NCBI GenBank assembly: GCA_951406725.2
Contig: OX597833.1
Span: 34,224,001-34,288,000, forward strand
Origin: Octopus vulgaris
Taxonomy: Eukaryota
Direction of reading: 5' to 3'
Length of the DNA: 64,000 nucleotides
Positions 22,804 through 35,130 of this stretch are shown here, piece after piece (position 1 is the stretch's first letter; every line of letters begins with the position of its first letter). The position numbers were made by a program, and so were the translations under genes. Under the pieces are notes generated by a model. The model saw only the letters and a program-made list of their open reading frames with translations. It was not told the DNA's origin and made no database searches.

Positions 22804-24198
22804 GTACTGCTATATGTACATCTATGTGTGTATATATGTGTACATGTATGTATGTGTAGATGTATGTACGTGTATGTATAAATATATGTGGATGTGTGTA
22901 TGGGTGTGTATATATGTGTGCATATATGAATATGTATGAACATGTGTGTATGGATATGCATGTGTCTGTGCACATCGACATATGTGCATATATGTGAGAG
23001 ATGGTACAAGCATATGTATATGTGTGTGTTTATATATTTTTATAACTTTCCCATACTATTATTCTATATTCCATATTCCATACTTTCAGCTATTTAACGT
23101 TTTTTACAGTTCATAAATATAAAATACCAGCATCCTATTACATCACTGATATTATACTTCACTTTTTGCTGACCTTAATTAGATTAATTGCAGCTAATTC
23201 TTAAAACTCATTCTTTAACTGTTTAAATGGATTATTGTTACCCCAGCCATTCATTTTTCATATTATTTCACTTCTCAAACAATATATTTCTATAATTTTT
23301 ATAATTTATAATTTATTACATTTCACTTGTTTCTTTATGATTTTTTAATTAGTTAAAAATTTTTTTTTTATATATTCAAACCTAATCCCTTTTTACCCCC
23401 ATGCCTTATCTATTCCTTCACTTATAAAGATTTGGCAAGTTACTGCATAACTAATATCAGTATACTTCTGCTAATTCTAGACTCTAATTCTTAATTAATT
23501 TAAAATTTTTTAAATGTAATGCATTATATATCTAACCCTAATCACTTTTACCCTTAGTCTCCTTTATAGGGCTGTTATATATGTATTACTAGCTAAGTTT
23601 TAATTTTCAAATTTTACCTCTTATTTGTTTATTGTTTCTATATTTGATTTTTCTATATTTTCTCTATTTTCCCTAATTTTTTCATATATTTTCAATTCAC
23701 CTCAACCATGTTCATTCAAAACTAATATAGTTTATAAATTTCTTGACCACTTAATTATACTCTATATTCTTAATTTCTGCTTTAACTCTTTAGGACACAC
23801 CTTCCTCTACTAGGTTTCCCCTTCTTTCTTCATTTTTTGCATCTCTTTTCACCTGCTTACATACTCTAAAGTCACTTCATCTTATTCTTCGTCTTCTTCA
23901 TCCTTCCCACATGATCTCTAAACTAATTATTCATTCCCTAACCATACTTTTATTTACTTTTTGCGTCCTCCAAATATAAGCAAAAAAAAAAAACAATGTC
24001 TGGAGGACGTGCAATGTGAAAGCACACCATTGATGCAAGTTTGCTGAAGTGCCACTCGAATGTCTAAACCCACAAATATTACATAAATTTTCACTTCGAA
24101 TTTTTGTGTAAAGTAGCATTGCATGCAGAAATGGTACAGAAGCAAATGTAACAAATCATTAAGGATGGGTTAAAGAATTTCTTTGTCTTATTATTTGG

Positions 24199-24241
<43 letters not shown>

Positions 24242-24889
24242 TCATCATCATCATTTAGCATCCATGTTACTTGCTGGCATAGGCTGGATGGTTTTATAGG
24301 AGCTGCTAAATTAGGGGATTGCACCAAACTCCACTGTCTGTTTTTGGTATGACTTTTGGGGCTGGATCCCAACGCCAACCACTTTATGGAGTGAACTGAG
24401 TCCTTATTACATGGAACCAGCACTCGTCAGGTCTGCTTTGGTATGATTTTTATGACTGATACCCTTCCAAATGTCAACCACTTTACAAAGTGGACTGGGT
24501 GCTTTTTATGTGACATCAGAACTGGCTAGGTCACCAAGTAACTTACAAAACAAAGATCCTTTAAGAGGTGGGTGGTATTGAAGTGGGTGGCTTTGTGCAA
24601 GGTAATGAGAGGTTAGAGTATGATAGAGGTGTCTTGCTGTAGAAGAAATACATAGTTACTCCAGTCAAAGTGAGAGAGAGAGAGTAAACAAGGAAGAAAG
24701 AATAAGAATGAAAAGGAGGAGTGAGAGAGAACAAGGGATGTAGTGTTGAAAGCTATCTGTACTTTTGTCAAAACTTCCTTTATGTTAGCCACACTGCCAA
24801 CAGCACTCACATGCTAAAAGGTGGTACTATTGTGGTTACATAACCAATGTTTGACCTTGATCTCTCCATTATTCTTTTTTTTTTTTTTG

Positions 24890-26095
24890 TTACAGAGTAA
24901 ACAAAGCTATTCTATTGGCAATGTGCACCAAGGAAAAACAGAGATCAATGAGATCAATGATCAGATTTCTTAGGTCTGAAGGTGCGTCAGGAGCTGAAAT
25001 TCACTGCAGGCTTTCAGAACAATACGAAGATAGTGCTCTATCATGTAGAAGTGTGTATGGGTGGACTATGAAGTTTTAAAAGGCCTGGACAAGCATAAAG
25101 CATGAATAGGAAACAGGACACCCACCAGCCTATGCCACTGACACGAAGATTGAACAAGCTGAGAGATGGTTCTGGTGAACTGACAAGTAACCATTGATAA
25201 GGTGGCATGTTCTCTGCAAATTAGTCATGGTTCTGCATATGAAATTGTTCGTGACAAGCTTTGATTCCATAAAGTCTGTGCAAAGTGGGTGCTAAAAAAG
25301 ATTACAATTATGTGTAAGCACAATTATGTGGAGATCTGTCTACACTTACTTGATCACAACAATGAAAGTGAAGATGTTTTGGAGAGAATAGTCACAGGAG
25401 ATGAGACCTGGATCCATCAATCTGAGCTGGGATCTAAAAATGAGAGTATAGAATGGAAGCACCTGGAATCTCCAGTGAAAAAGGAATTCAAAACTCAGCC
25501 TTCTACAGAAAAAGTGATATTAACTGTTTTCTGGGATGCAAAAGAGTCTATACTGGAAAATTACTTGGAAAAGGGGCATACTGTCACCAATGTAGGCCAC
25601 AGTGAAATGCTGACTGACAAATTGAAACCAGCAATTCACACCAAATGCCAAGGTCAACTTGAAACCCAATGCCAACTTATTGTGCAACAATAACACTTGC
25701 TTTAACAAATTGTTAAAGTAAGTATTATTGTTGCATAATAATGTCATTGTTGCATAATATGGCCACCCATTGAAACCACTAAAAAATTGGGTTTCAAGTT
25801 GCCGAAAAACCCTGCACACAGTCCAAGTCTCACTCCTTTTGACTATCATCTTTTTGGACCACTTAAACGTTCTTTACAAGGTCGTCAACTTGCTACGGAC
25901 AAAGTAGCGCAGGAAACAGTACATAAATGGCTGTGTAACCACCTGAAGACCTTCTTTAATGGCATAAGGAAGCTTGTGGACTACTGGAAGAAGTGCTTCA
26001 AAAAGCAAGGTGACTATTTTGAAAAATGATGTAATTGTACAACCCCTGTTTTTGTTTTAATAAATTACAGAAACAAGATTGTGTACAATTCTTGA
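24890..26095 (+). mobile_element. Decayed mariner (DD34D) transposon
   Basis: RIVTGDETWIHQ, KVILTVFWD, HSPSLTPFDYHLFGPLK and GIRKLVDYWKKCFKKQGDYFEK, with multiple stops and frameshifts. Confidence 0.9.
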
Positions 26096-26099
26096 TGTA

Positions 26100-26465
26100 T
26101 TTTATCAACTCCAGAAGAATGAAAAGCAAAGAAGTTGCCCATGGTGAAATTTGACCTGAGAACATAAAGACAGACAAAATGCAACTGAGCATTTTGCCTG
26201 GCTTGCTAATGGTTCTGCTAGCTTGCCACCTTAATCATTATGAAATATTGGTTTCAAATTGTGGTACAAGGCTAGCAAGTTTGGGGGAGAGGGAAGTTGA
26301 TTACATTGAACCCAGTACTCAACTGGTATGTATTTCATCAACCCAAAAAGGGTGAAAGGCAAAGTCAACCTTGGCAGAATTTGAACTCAGAATGTGTAAA
26401 GACAGACAAAATGCCACTAAGCATTTTGTCTAGTATGCTAACAGTTCTACCAGCCTGCCACCCTA
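26100..26465 (-). mobile_element. Two tandem decayed SINE fragments
   Basis: 26100-26232 and ~26250-26463 share the TGAAAxGCAAAG...ATTTGAxCTxAGAA...AAGACAGACAAAATGC blocks. A related copy lies at ~31750-31900. Confidence 0.6.
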
Positions 26466-26852
26466 ATCATGTTGAAATATTACTATATAATTTGTTATTT
26501 ATTGGTTATCTTATGTTTTTCATAAAATTTCTGAATATCAATAAATCACGTGACTCATTTATACTTTGCAGTCTCTGTACAACATTACTGACTTACATCA
26601 TAGTCAGTAGGTCAGTAACATGGTGCAATTACTGTAAATAGGTTGTGGCTGTTGTATTAACATTGGTTGAAGGTTTTTTTTTCAATTCAAAATTTTAATT
26701 AGCTTATTATCACCAATCATTACTTCTACAGAATCAGAATATATTTTTTCAAGTATAGAATGTATACCTTTTCTTTCTTTGTGGAAGTAAGCTATAGTTA
26801 ACCACACACACACTCACAAATGAGTGTGTGTTTCCATATATATATATATATA

Positions 26853-28062
26853 TTGGGTCATCCCATAAATAATGTGGATCTTTTTATACTTCTTTTATTT
26901 TTCTACAATGGTCTGGTAGACTTGTAAGACCCCTCTTCCAAAATTCACTTGTCCAAGACAAAAAATACTCCTCCAGTACTGTTCTGACTTCATCTACAGA
27001 TTTCATATTTTCCAACCAAATGATTTTGAAGACTGCGGAATAAATTATAATTAGATGGGGCAATGTCTGGCAAATATGGTCGGTGGGGCATCATTTCTCA
27101 TTAAAACTGTTCCAGCCTTTGGAATGTCATCCTCACTGCATGTGGCCAAGCATTATCCTGATGGAAGAACACTTTTCGTTTTAAAACTAAGGATGGTTAT
27201 TTTCCTTCTAGCGCTGACTTAAGCCACTCAAGCTGCTTGCAGTAGATATCCTTTGTTATTGTTTGGTTTGGGTTTAACAGTTCAAAGTGGACTAAACTTT
27301 TCATATCCCACCAAACAGATAACAACACCTTATGTGGGCGAAGATCTTCTTTAACCTGGGATGCCACTGTTTCTCTTTTCCCTGCCCACTGCCTTTGGTG
27401 CTTGACATTTTTACAGAGAATCCATTTCTCATCACCAGTCGCTATTCGGTCCAAAAAAAGTTTCATTCATGAGATATGACAGCAAAGAAGATGACACATT
27501 CACTCTCTGCACGTGATTACACTTGGAAAGTTTGTGAGGAACCCATTGACCCAATTTACTGACTTTTCTGATGGCATGCAGGTGTCGATGAATGATTGAA
27601 TGACCAAATCCAAGCTTCTCTGCTAGTTCCTCAACAGTTACAATGGGATTTTGTTCCAGCAGGGTTTGCAGGACATCCTCATTGAGCTCTACAGATCTTC
27701 CATGATGTGGCTCATCTTCTAGGCTGTAGATTCTGGCTCGGAATTTCTAGAACCACTGTTGACATTGGCATATGCTTATTGTCTGATCCCCATATACTGC
27801 ATTAATATATCTTGCACTTTCCATTGCAATGTTGCTTTTATGGGAAAATATGCTGAATATGCTCCTTTGTCACTTCCATTATAGGTTTGAAGAAATAACT
27901 GTTAAAAGTGAACTGCGCTCTTCAAGACATGCACTAAGAATAAAAACAAGGTGAAATTACTACCTGCTTTTATAACAAGTTGATGCAGGTAGTTTATCCT
28001 ATCATCCTCTGACTTTTAGTTCCTGCAATTGAAAAAACTGCATTATTTATGGGATGACCCTA
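26853..28062 (-). mobile_element. Near full-length decayed mariner with both TIRs
   Basis: TIRs TTGGGTCATCCCATAAATAATG / CATTATTTATGGGATGACCC in TA context. Motifs FLDRIATGDEKW and KVLLSVWWD. Same family as 45304-46560. Confidence 0.92.
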
Positions 28063-29506
28063 AATATATATATAAATATATATATATATACAGAACTGGA
28101 CATTAATCCATTAATCGTTAATTAATGAAGTTAACATTTTTGTTACCAATTTAAATTTTAAGCTAACTTTGAAAATCATTATCGGACTAATTAACTTACG
28201 TTACATTTAGCTTCCATTAACTCAGGTCCAGTAACCCCAAAATTTCATAAAAACTGGTAAGCACTTTAATGTTTCTATTGTTTTCAGATTGTCTTAGCAT
28301 ATTTAATATTGTACATATCATTCTTTCAACTTCAATATAATGCCACTCATTATTATAAATAACTTGTAGGACCACATTTGGCCCTGCCTGGTATTAGATA
28401 TTTACCAAAAAGAATAAAATCTTGCACTGATTATACCTGTATTTTAATTAATTTAAATTAATGTACCTCATCTTGAAAAGTGGCAAAATTTTTGTTGGTT
28501 GCTGTCTGGAATGATTTTAGTAATAAATCAAACAGGTAAGATGCGTTAAGAATTTCAATTTTAATGTTTATCCATGATGTTATTGCTTTTACACCTGTTA
28601 ATTTAATTTACCTGCTCATAATAGTCAAATTTACCCAGCAAGATCAGCTAAAATTACATAACTATAAATAGTGGGATATGAAGCACCCACTGACAAAATT
28701 TCAAATCTGTATGTAAAAATTTACAACGTTACAAGTAAATGTTGTGGATAACCTCTTGAACCTGAATAATTCAAAATAATGTGAAAAAATAAGCATTACA
28801 TTCGACAGATTAGTATAAACACTAAAGATGTTTTTAGGTGTTTTTTTTTTCTCACACACACTCATAACACGGCCTTGCTCAGTTGGGACTACATGTGTGT
28901 TACTCTGACATCATAATTCCATGAAATTTGTCTATGAGGAGCAAAATATCAATAGATGTGTGAGTGAGAAAGGAATGAGGAGGGCAGTTTTGGGAAGTGC
29001 TAGAAACAACAGCCAGATCTCCCTTAAATCACACATTTTCCTTTGAAATTATTAGCAATATTTTTTTAAAACCAAAAATATTTCTATCACAGGTTTTAAG
29101 CACATAGTGAAAAAAAAGAAAAGGTCTAAATCGTTTCAGTCAGAGGTGATGAGGGGGTGGCAGGAGTGAAAACAAATTTTCAAAATTTTATTGTTTTTTC
29201 TGTGAAAAGATGCCTCCCATCATTTTGAAGACTTTGGAAAAAATTCCCAATAAGTGTGACACAGAATGTGACAAAGCTGGCCTCTTGAGATACAGGTATT
29301 TCTCATTTTTGCCAGCTGACTTGACTGGAGCTACATGAAATAAAGTGTCTCACTCAAAAACACAATGCACTGCCAGGTATCGAACTCTTTACCTTACGAT
29401 CATGAGCCAAATACTTCTAACCACTAAGTCATGCACTTTCACAGTTGCTATAACAACTAGATTATTCATTGCTGGAAATGACAAAATATTCATTTACTTT
29501 ACTGAC

Positions 29507-29564
29507 TTTTTAAAGTTTCTGAATTCATCCTGTAAAGAAGGTTCTTGTTCCAGAATTGGAGTGC
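29507..29564 (-). CDS. Candidate coding exon 2 of an unidentified minus-strand host gene
   Basis: Acceptor TTTTGTAG| with an open phase-1 frame (G)TPILEQEPSLQDEFRNFK. Donor options GTCAGT, GTAAAG or GTAAAT. Phase matches the exon at 32169-32187. Confidence 0.4.
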
Positions 29565-31433
29565 CTACAAAACTAATGGTTTTAGCCCCTTATTTGAAGC
29601 AAAATATATAAATAAGAGTTGAAACGAATCATTCCCATTAGAATATAGATAGAAATGACTTTATAGAATCTTATGCCTTTTCACTCTTCCACTGACAAAT
29701 GGATTTGTGTTATATACATTACAACAGCAGTTCCCAACCCACTAATTTTGAAAGAATTGCAAAAATGTTCATAAATATGTTATACAATAAACCATAGGTC
29801 AGCATAAGAGCTACATCACAAAACTTAGTCTAAAAAAAAATTGAAGAATATTTCCCCATGAAAAATAATTTTTAATTCAGATGTTAATTTTTTGAAAATT
29901 GCTTTTATTTAAGTATTAAAAAATAGGTCACAGTTGATTATCTTTTTGCCACAGTCAGTTGCACTGGTTTAAATTTGGGAACCAACATGTTATATGGTAA
30001 TTTTCTTTGCCTGAAACTTTGCAAATATTTCATATTTATAGTATTTAGTATTGAAACAATTAAATATTTAGTAAAATAATTAAGTGCACCAATGATTACA
30101 GATATGAATGTTCATTTGCAATTAAAATATAAAAGTAGCAGGTTTTCTTTCTTGATAGTATTGAGTGGAATATTTTAATGGCTTGGCAGCAGACTAACTC
30201 CCACAACAACTTATGGATGGTAGTTTTGAAAAATTGACAGGAGTGGGAAATGCCATCTAGTTGGTTGAGAAAGTGAAGTTTTTTCCCCAAGCATTATAGG
30301 CAATATTCTTTACCTGCAATACAGGTATATATAAATTGTTTGAGAGCTTTGAGGTTATGAGTCTGGTTATGTGAGGAATATGAAGGAACATGCTTCAGAG
30401 AACAGTTTCAGCTTAGTTATCTAAGATGTGTCTAATTGATAGACATATTCTGTCTGTGACAGAATAAAACTATAGGAGCTTCAACCATTTAACTGACTTG
30501 AAATGTCTTAGAGCCTAGGAAGTAATGGAATGGCAAAGTATGTGTATGTGTGTTAAGTGAAAATGTTGTGCCCATGACCTTCATAAGTCTGCTGAGATTG
30601 ATGAAATCAAACAGTTTATGTTCAGCTTGTACAGTACTAAGTTGAAATCTACAGGATGTTGGAGTGGATAGGAATTCTAGAGTCTGAGAAGGAAGGATTA
30701 GGTATAATCTTCAGTGCAGGATACTGAGAAATAAGATGAGGACAAAACAGGAGGAGAAGTAGAATCCAATGTAGAATAGATAGTTAGAAGGAAGAGACCT
30801 GTTTGTAGACCAAAAGTTGTTGTATGTTGGTGAGTCTTTCGTAATCAGTTAGATGCAATCCAAAATATTTGTGTGCACAGCAGTAGCACTGAGCTAGATT
30901 TTGTAGAGGGTCAGTAATTGATAAGAACTGGGATAAGAACTTTAAACTGAGTGCCCTACACTTTATCCATTTGGTTATTGCAGTATCTCAAACATAGTAA
31001 ACAGCTTGGTACAAAAGTTGTTCTGACGTTGTTCTGGAATAGCTGTTCTTAGAAATTCTGCTTCTCATGGGAAAGGGAAAGGGAAGGGGAAAATGTATAA
31101 AAAAAGTTTTGAAGAAAAAATATTTATTAATGGAATTTCCATTATATAAAATACAAAATTACATTAAAAAATGAAAGTAAACAACTACAGGATTTTGAGA
31201 GACAGCTATTCGGAAATCCCATAATTATTCTTTTGGCTCACATAAATTATTACCTTAAACATAATACCCAGTTGTCCATATTTTGATTTCTGAAAGTAAT
31301 AATGCCACGTCAGTTTTAAGTAGTCTTGTAGAGCAATTTATGGACAAAAAAGTGTTATCTTTAGAGAATAAGATCAATTGAGGAAAATAATAACTTCTCG
31401 AAGGAAGGTGGGGTGAATCTTGTTCATAATAGT

Positions 31434-31734
31434 GGTACTACTTAAGAACAGTGGCCCCGGTGCGCGCACTCGCGTAGTCGCGTTAGCTGGTCGTGACTAG
31501 TCGATCCTACAACGACTACCTAGCAAAGTAAATAAAACACAAAATAAATAATTTTTTTACCCAAAGTAAATAATTTTTGTTAAACAAAGTAAATAAAACA
31601 CAAAAACACAAAGTAAATAATTTTTAAACAAAGTACATAACACACAAAAACACTAAGTAACGATCGACTAGTCATGACTAGCTAGCGCGGATGCGCGAGT
31701 GCGCGCACCGGGACCACTGTTCTCAAATAGTACT
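31434..31734. mobile_element. Young Merlin-like MITE with ~72 bp TIRs and an 8-9 bp TSD
   Basis: GGTACTACTTAAGAACAGTGGCCCCGGTGCGCGCACTCGCG... and ...CGCGAGTGCGCGCACCGGGACCACTGTTCTCAAATAGTACT, flanked on both sides by CATAATAGT. Internal AAAGTAAATAAAACACAAAA repeats. Confidence 0.85.
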
Positions 31735-32168
31735 CATAATAGTCTAATTAGTGATTTTGGATAGGCTCAAAACCTCGAATTAGAGGGATTAACTGGATCC
31801 TAGTTCAAGACCTGTTTTGTAGAACTTGAAAGAATGCAAAGCATGTCGGACACGGAATATAAAGGGACGTAACTAAATACCGCAAGTCTTCCACTGATCC
31901 ACTATCATGATGATTGCTAAACAGACTTTAATTAATGTTGAGGCAAACTTAATTGTATACACTATAGAGATTTAATTAGATAATGCTGACAACAAACTTA
32001 ATATACTGTCACTATTCTTTCTTAAAAAGTTTCCTTTTCAGAAGCCCATAAAAAAATCTTTGCCTTCCAATTATTCCCCTTCTTTGGAATCGCTTATGGA
32101 TAACGTCTAATAACGAAAGATAGAAATGAGACCGTCTTGCTGCTCTTGGTGGAGGAAGAGTTACTTAC

Positions 32169-32187
32169 CCTTGAATAACTCTTCCAT
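32169..32187 (-). CDS. Candidate first coding exon (MEELFK-G) of a minus-strand host gene
   Basis: ATG GAA GAG TTA TTC AAG G followed by a perfect GTAAGT donor (32168-32163), in non-repetitive, CpG-retaining sequence. Confidence 0.4.
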
Positions 32188-32794
32188 GTGGAAAAAACAT
32201 TTCACTAAATGTTATTGACCCGCCAGAAAAAATTATTTTTTTTTTGCTCTTCGGGATATTCCTTATTCTACGGCAGCTGAAATATCTAAGGAAAATCTGT
32301 AAGTAATAATTGGATGGTTAATGTGTTGCTAATATAATTGCACAAGTCCCGATCATTTAGAAGCTGCTGTTTGTATAAAAATTTGTTTTTCCTCCAACAC
32401 GCTCCGAAACAATCGACGACCGGAGTAATAATTGTAATTAAATATGCGTCCATGTGTAAAAGAGTAAACACCATCTCCACTGCTTTAGATATCTCCACTT
32501 ACCATTAGATATTTCAATCACGTACAATTCATACACTGAGAGTATGTGTGTTTATGTTTATGTAGTATTGTGCAAACTCCAATCAATGCAATATTTCCCT
32601 CCAACGTTTTGCTATGTTTAGGGCTAATATATGAGGAAGAAACCTCAGAAGAGCACCACCCAGCGCAGGCAACTTTGACATCCACCTTTTCACAGAACGC
32701 CAACACAGCCTGGTGTTAGGTGGTGGTGGGGGCAGTGGATTGGAATACAAAACTCTCTTCCTTTCTCATTCTCTCTTTTTCACTGTCTCTCCAG

Positions 32795-33037
32795 ATCTTC
32801 CAACATGATCGTTTTTTTTAAAACTGTAAGTAATAAAAAGCATGGAAAAACAAACAGTCAACAATAAACTGACGTCTATCTTTTAATCATGTTTTTAGGG
32901 CATGAGGGATATTTTCTTCCAGTTTCTGTCGATTTCTTTTTCACTCTGGCGAATTTGTGCTGGGTTTTTCTTTTCCTTTTTTGTTTATTATATTTTCATA
33001 GATCCATTGTGTTATCGAAATAAGAACTTATTTGAAG
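32795..33037 (+). other. Two candidate small exons (32795-32825 and 33002-33037) of a plus-strand host gene, coding or 5'UTR
   Basis: Long polypyrimidine tract + CCAG| ...CAACATG ATC GTT TTT TTT AAA ACT|GTAAGT. Then polypyrimidine + CATAG| 36 nt |GTAATA, open in phase 0 ([12 protein letters not shown]). Confidence 0.4.
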
Positions 33038-33184
33038 GTAATAATCATAATGTTTTTTTTTTTTACAATATTTTGCACAATAATAGTTATACTATATCGA
33101 TCGTTTTAAACGTTTATAACCCCGAAAAGGGTGTGTGTATGTATATATCTATCCGTATGTGCTCCGATCAACTCTCTTTCTACC

Positions 33185-33185
33185 T

Positions 33186-33265
<80 letters not shown>

Positions 33266-33556
33266 GTATATATATATATGTATATATATATAAGTATATA
33301 TATATATGTATATATATATACATATATATATGTATATATATATATTTGTGTATATATATGCATATACATGTGCTTATATATGTATATATATATGTATGTT
33401 TGTATATATATATATATATGTATGTATATATATATATGTATGTATATATATATATGTATGTATATATATGTATATATATGTATGTATATATATATGTATG
33501 TATATATATATGGATGTATATATACATACATATGTGCATGTATATATGTCTATGTG

Positions 33557-33591
<35 letters not shown>

Positions 33592-33721
33592 GCTTGTATA
33601 TATATATATATATATGCTTGTATATATATTTGTATATAATGTTTATATGTATATATGTGCTTGTATATATAAATATTTGTATGTACATTGTGTATATGAA
33701 TATATGTTTGTATATGTATAT

Positions 33722-33766
<45 letters not shown>

Positions 33767-33823
33767 AGTATGTATACATATGTATATCTCTTGTATGTAT
33801 ATATATATTGTGTTGTATGTATG

Positions 33824-33870
<47 letters not shown>
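33185..33870. repeat. Large compound (TA)n/(TATG)n microsatellite
   Basis: Direct inspection. Source of the spurious YI/IY-rich ORFs. Confidence 0.97.
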
Positions 33871-33873
<3 letters not shown>

Positions 33874-35094
33874 TTGATTGCATCTCTTTGTATTTTATAC
33901 ATATTTGGCAGGTAACCATATACGTATGTGTATAGTATTACTTCCCAGGTGTATGTATATTAGCATATTTATTATGTATTTGTAAATTGTATCTCAAATA
34001 TATTCTATCTATATTGTTTGAGTGAGTGTATATATGCAACATGAGTTTACTTTAGGGATCTAAAGCGTTTTGACCAGAAACTCTTGGTCCTGAAATAACT
34101 CAATAATTGAGCTTTTTCTTCCGTTTGTAAAATTGTTTCTACCAAAGTGTACTTAGACGTTAGTGTGTGTGTATACACACACATATACATATATATATAT
34201 ATATATATAACTTGTCTTGTGTTTCTATACGCTCATGATATATGTATACTTACCAGCGTGAGTATGTGTGTATGTATACATATACACACACACACATACA
34301 CAGACACAATTTCGCCATTACTTTGCAACTTGTGGTCTGTCTATTTGATATTCCCTGCCAAGCTGCTGTTTTGTTGTGATTTATCGTGATATTGCTCCTA
34401 TTTCTGTTAGTTTCTCCATTAACTACACTTTCACCACCACTATTACGTTATAGTCGTCTACCCGATATAATATAACCACTCCTCTTACAGTCACGGCTTC
34501 ATTAATTCCACCCGTCTCCTCGTAAACATTTCTTTTACATTTCTTAGTTTTTTTTTTTTTACATTCTCTCTTATAATAAAACTTCATCTATAATTGCATT
34601 CCACTGGCAGTGTAACACATGTTTGGGAATTTAAAAATATAATCATTTGTGTGCGACTGTATCCGGAGCGGACTATATTTAATTAGTTTAATATCTCTTT
34701 TTTTATTATTATTATGAACGATTTCAGCAATATCCATTATTGGCAGTGTGCACCCCTACTAAATTATAGTTGTTTAGCTTCAAGTCAGCCCTGAATGAGC
34801 TTATATAATATCAAAACCGTTCCAGCCATGACTATCCCCTCTTTTTAGAGGTATCTAACATGATATGATTTAGCTCTTATTTCTAGCATGTTGGGCTTTC
34901 TCGTTATCGCATACAAATCCAGAGCTACTCAGTAATAATGTACTGTCATTAAACTAGCCTTTTACATTCTCCTCCAGTTGTTGGCTTGCTGTTATTATCT
35001 ATCTAGATATTTATCTATAAGGATAGCAATCCGTATAGATTCACACTCACGGAACTAGTTTGTTTCCCTATGATTATGTATGTATGTATGTGTA

Positions 35095-35130
<36 letters not shown>

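Noticed and set aside
30090-31060. Purine-rich complex block, possibly an old LINE or exon
   Set aside because: No motif or open frame could be recovered by eye, so it was left unannotated.
31510-31660. Short direct repeats with spacers (CRISPR-like)
   Set aside because: Irregular A-rich internal repeats of a MITE in a eukaryotic context, with no cas genes.
32805-32825. Parkin/PACRG assignment, prompted by the MIVF start and head-to-head layout
   Set aside because: Only four residues match human parkin, the following exon does not look ubiquitin-like, and the opposite peptide does not resemble PACRG.
32902-33902. Long Tyr/Ile-rich ORFs of up to 248 aa (similar ones at 15807-16296, 21020-21492 and 52105-53412)
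   Set aside because: They are translations of (TA)n/(TATG)n microsatellites that lack stop codons by construction.
34603-34755. Two TGGCAGTGT motifs resembling the miR-34 5' end
   Set aside because: The match stops after 9-10 nt and I see no pre-miRNA hairpin.
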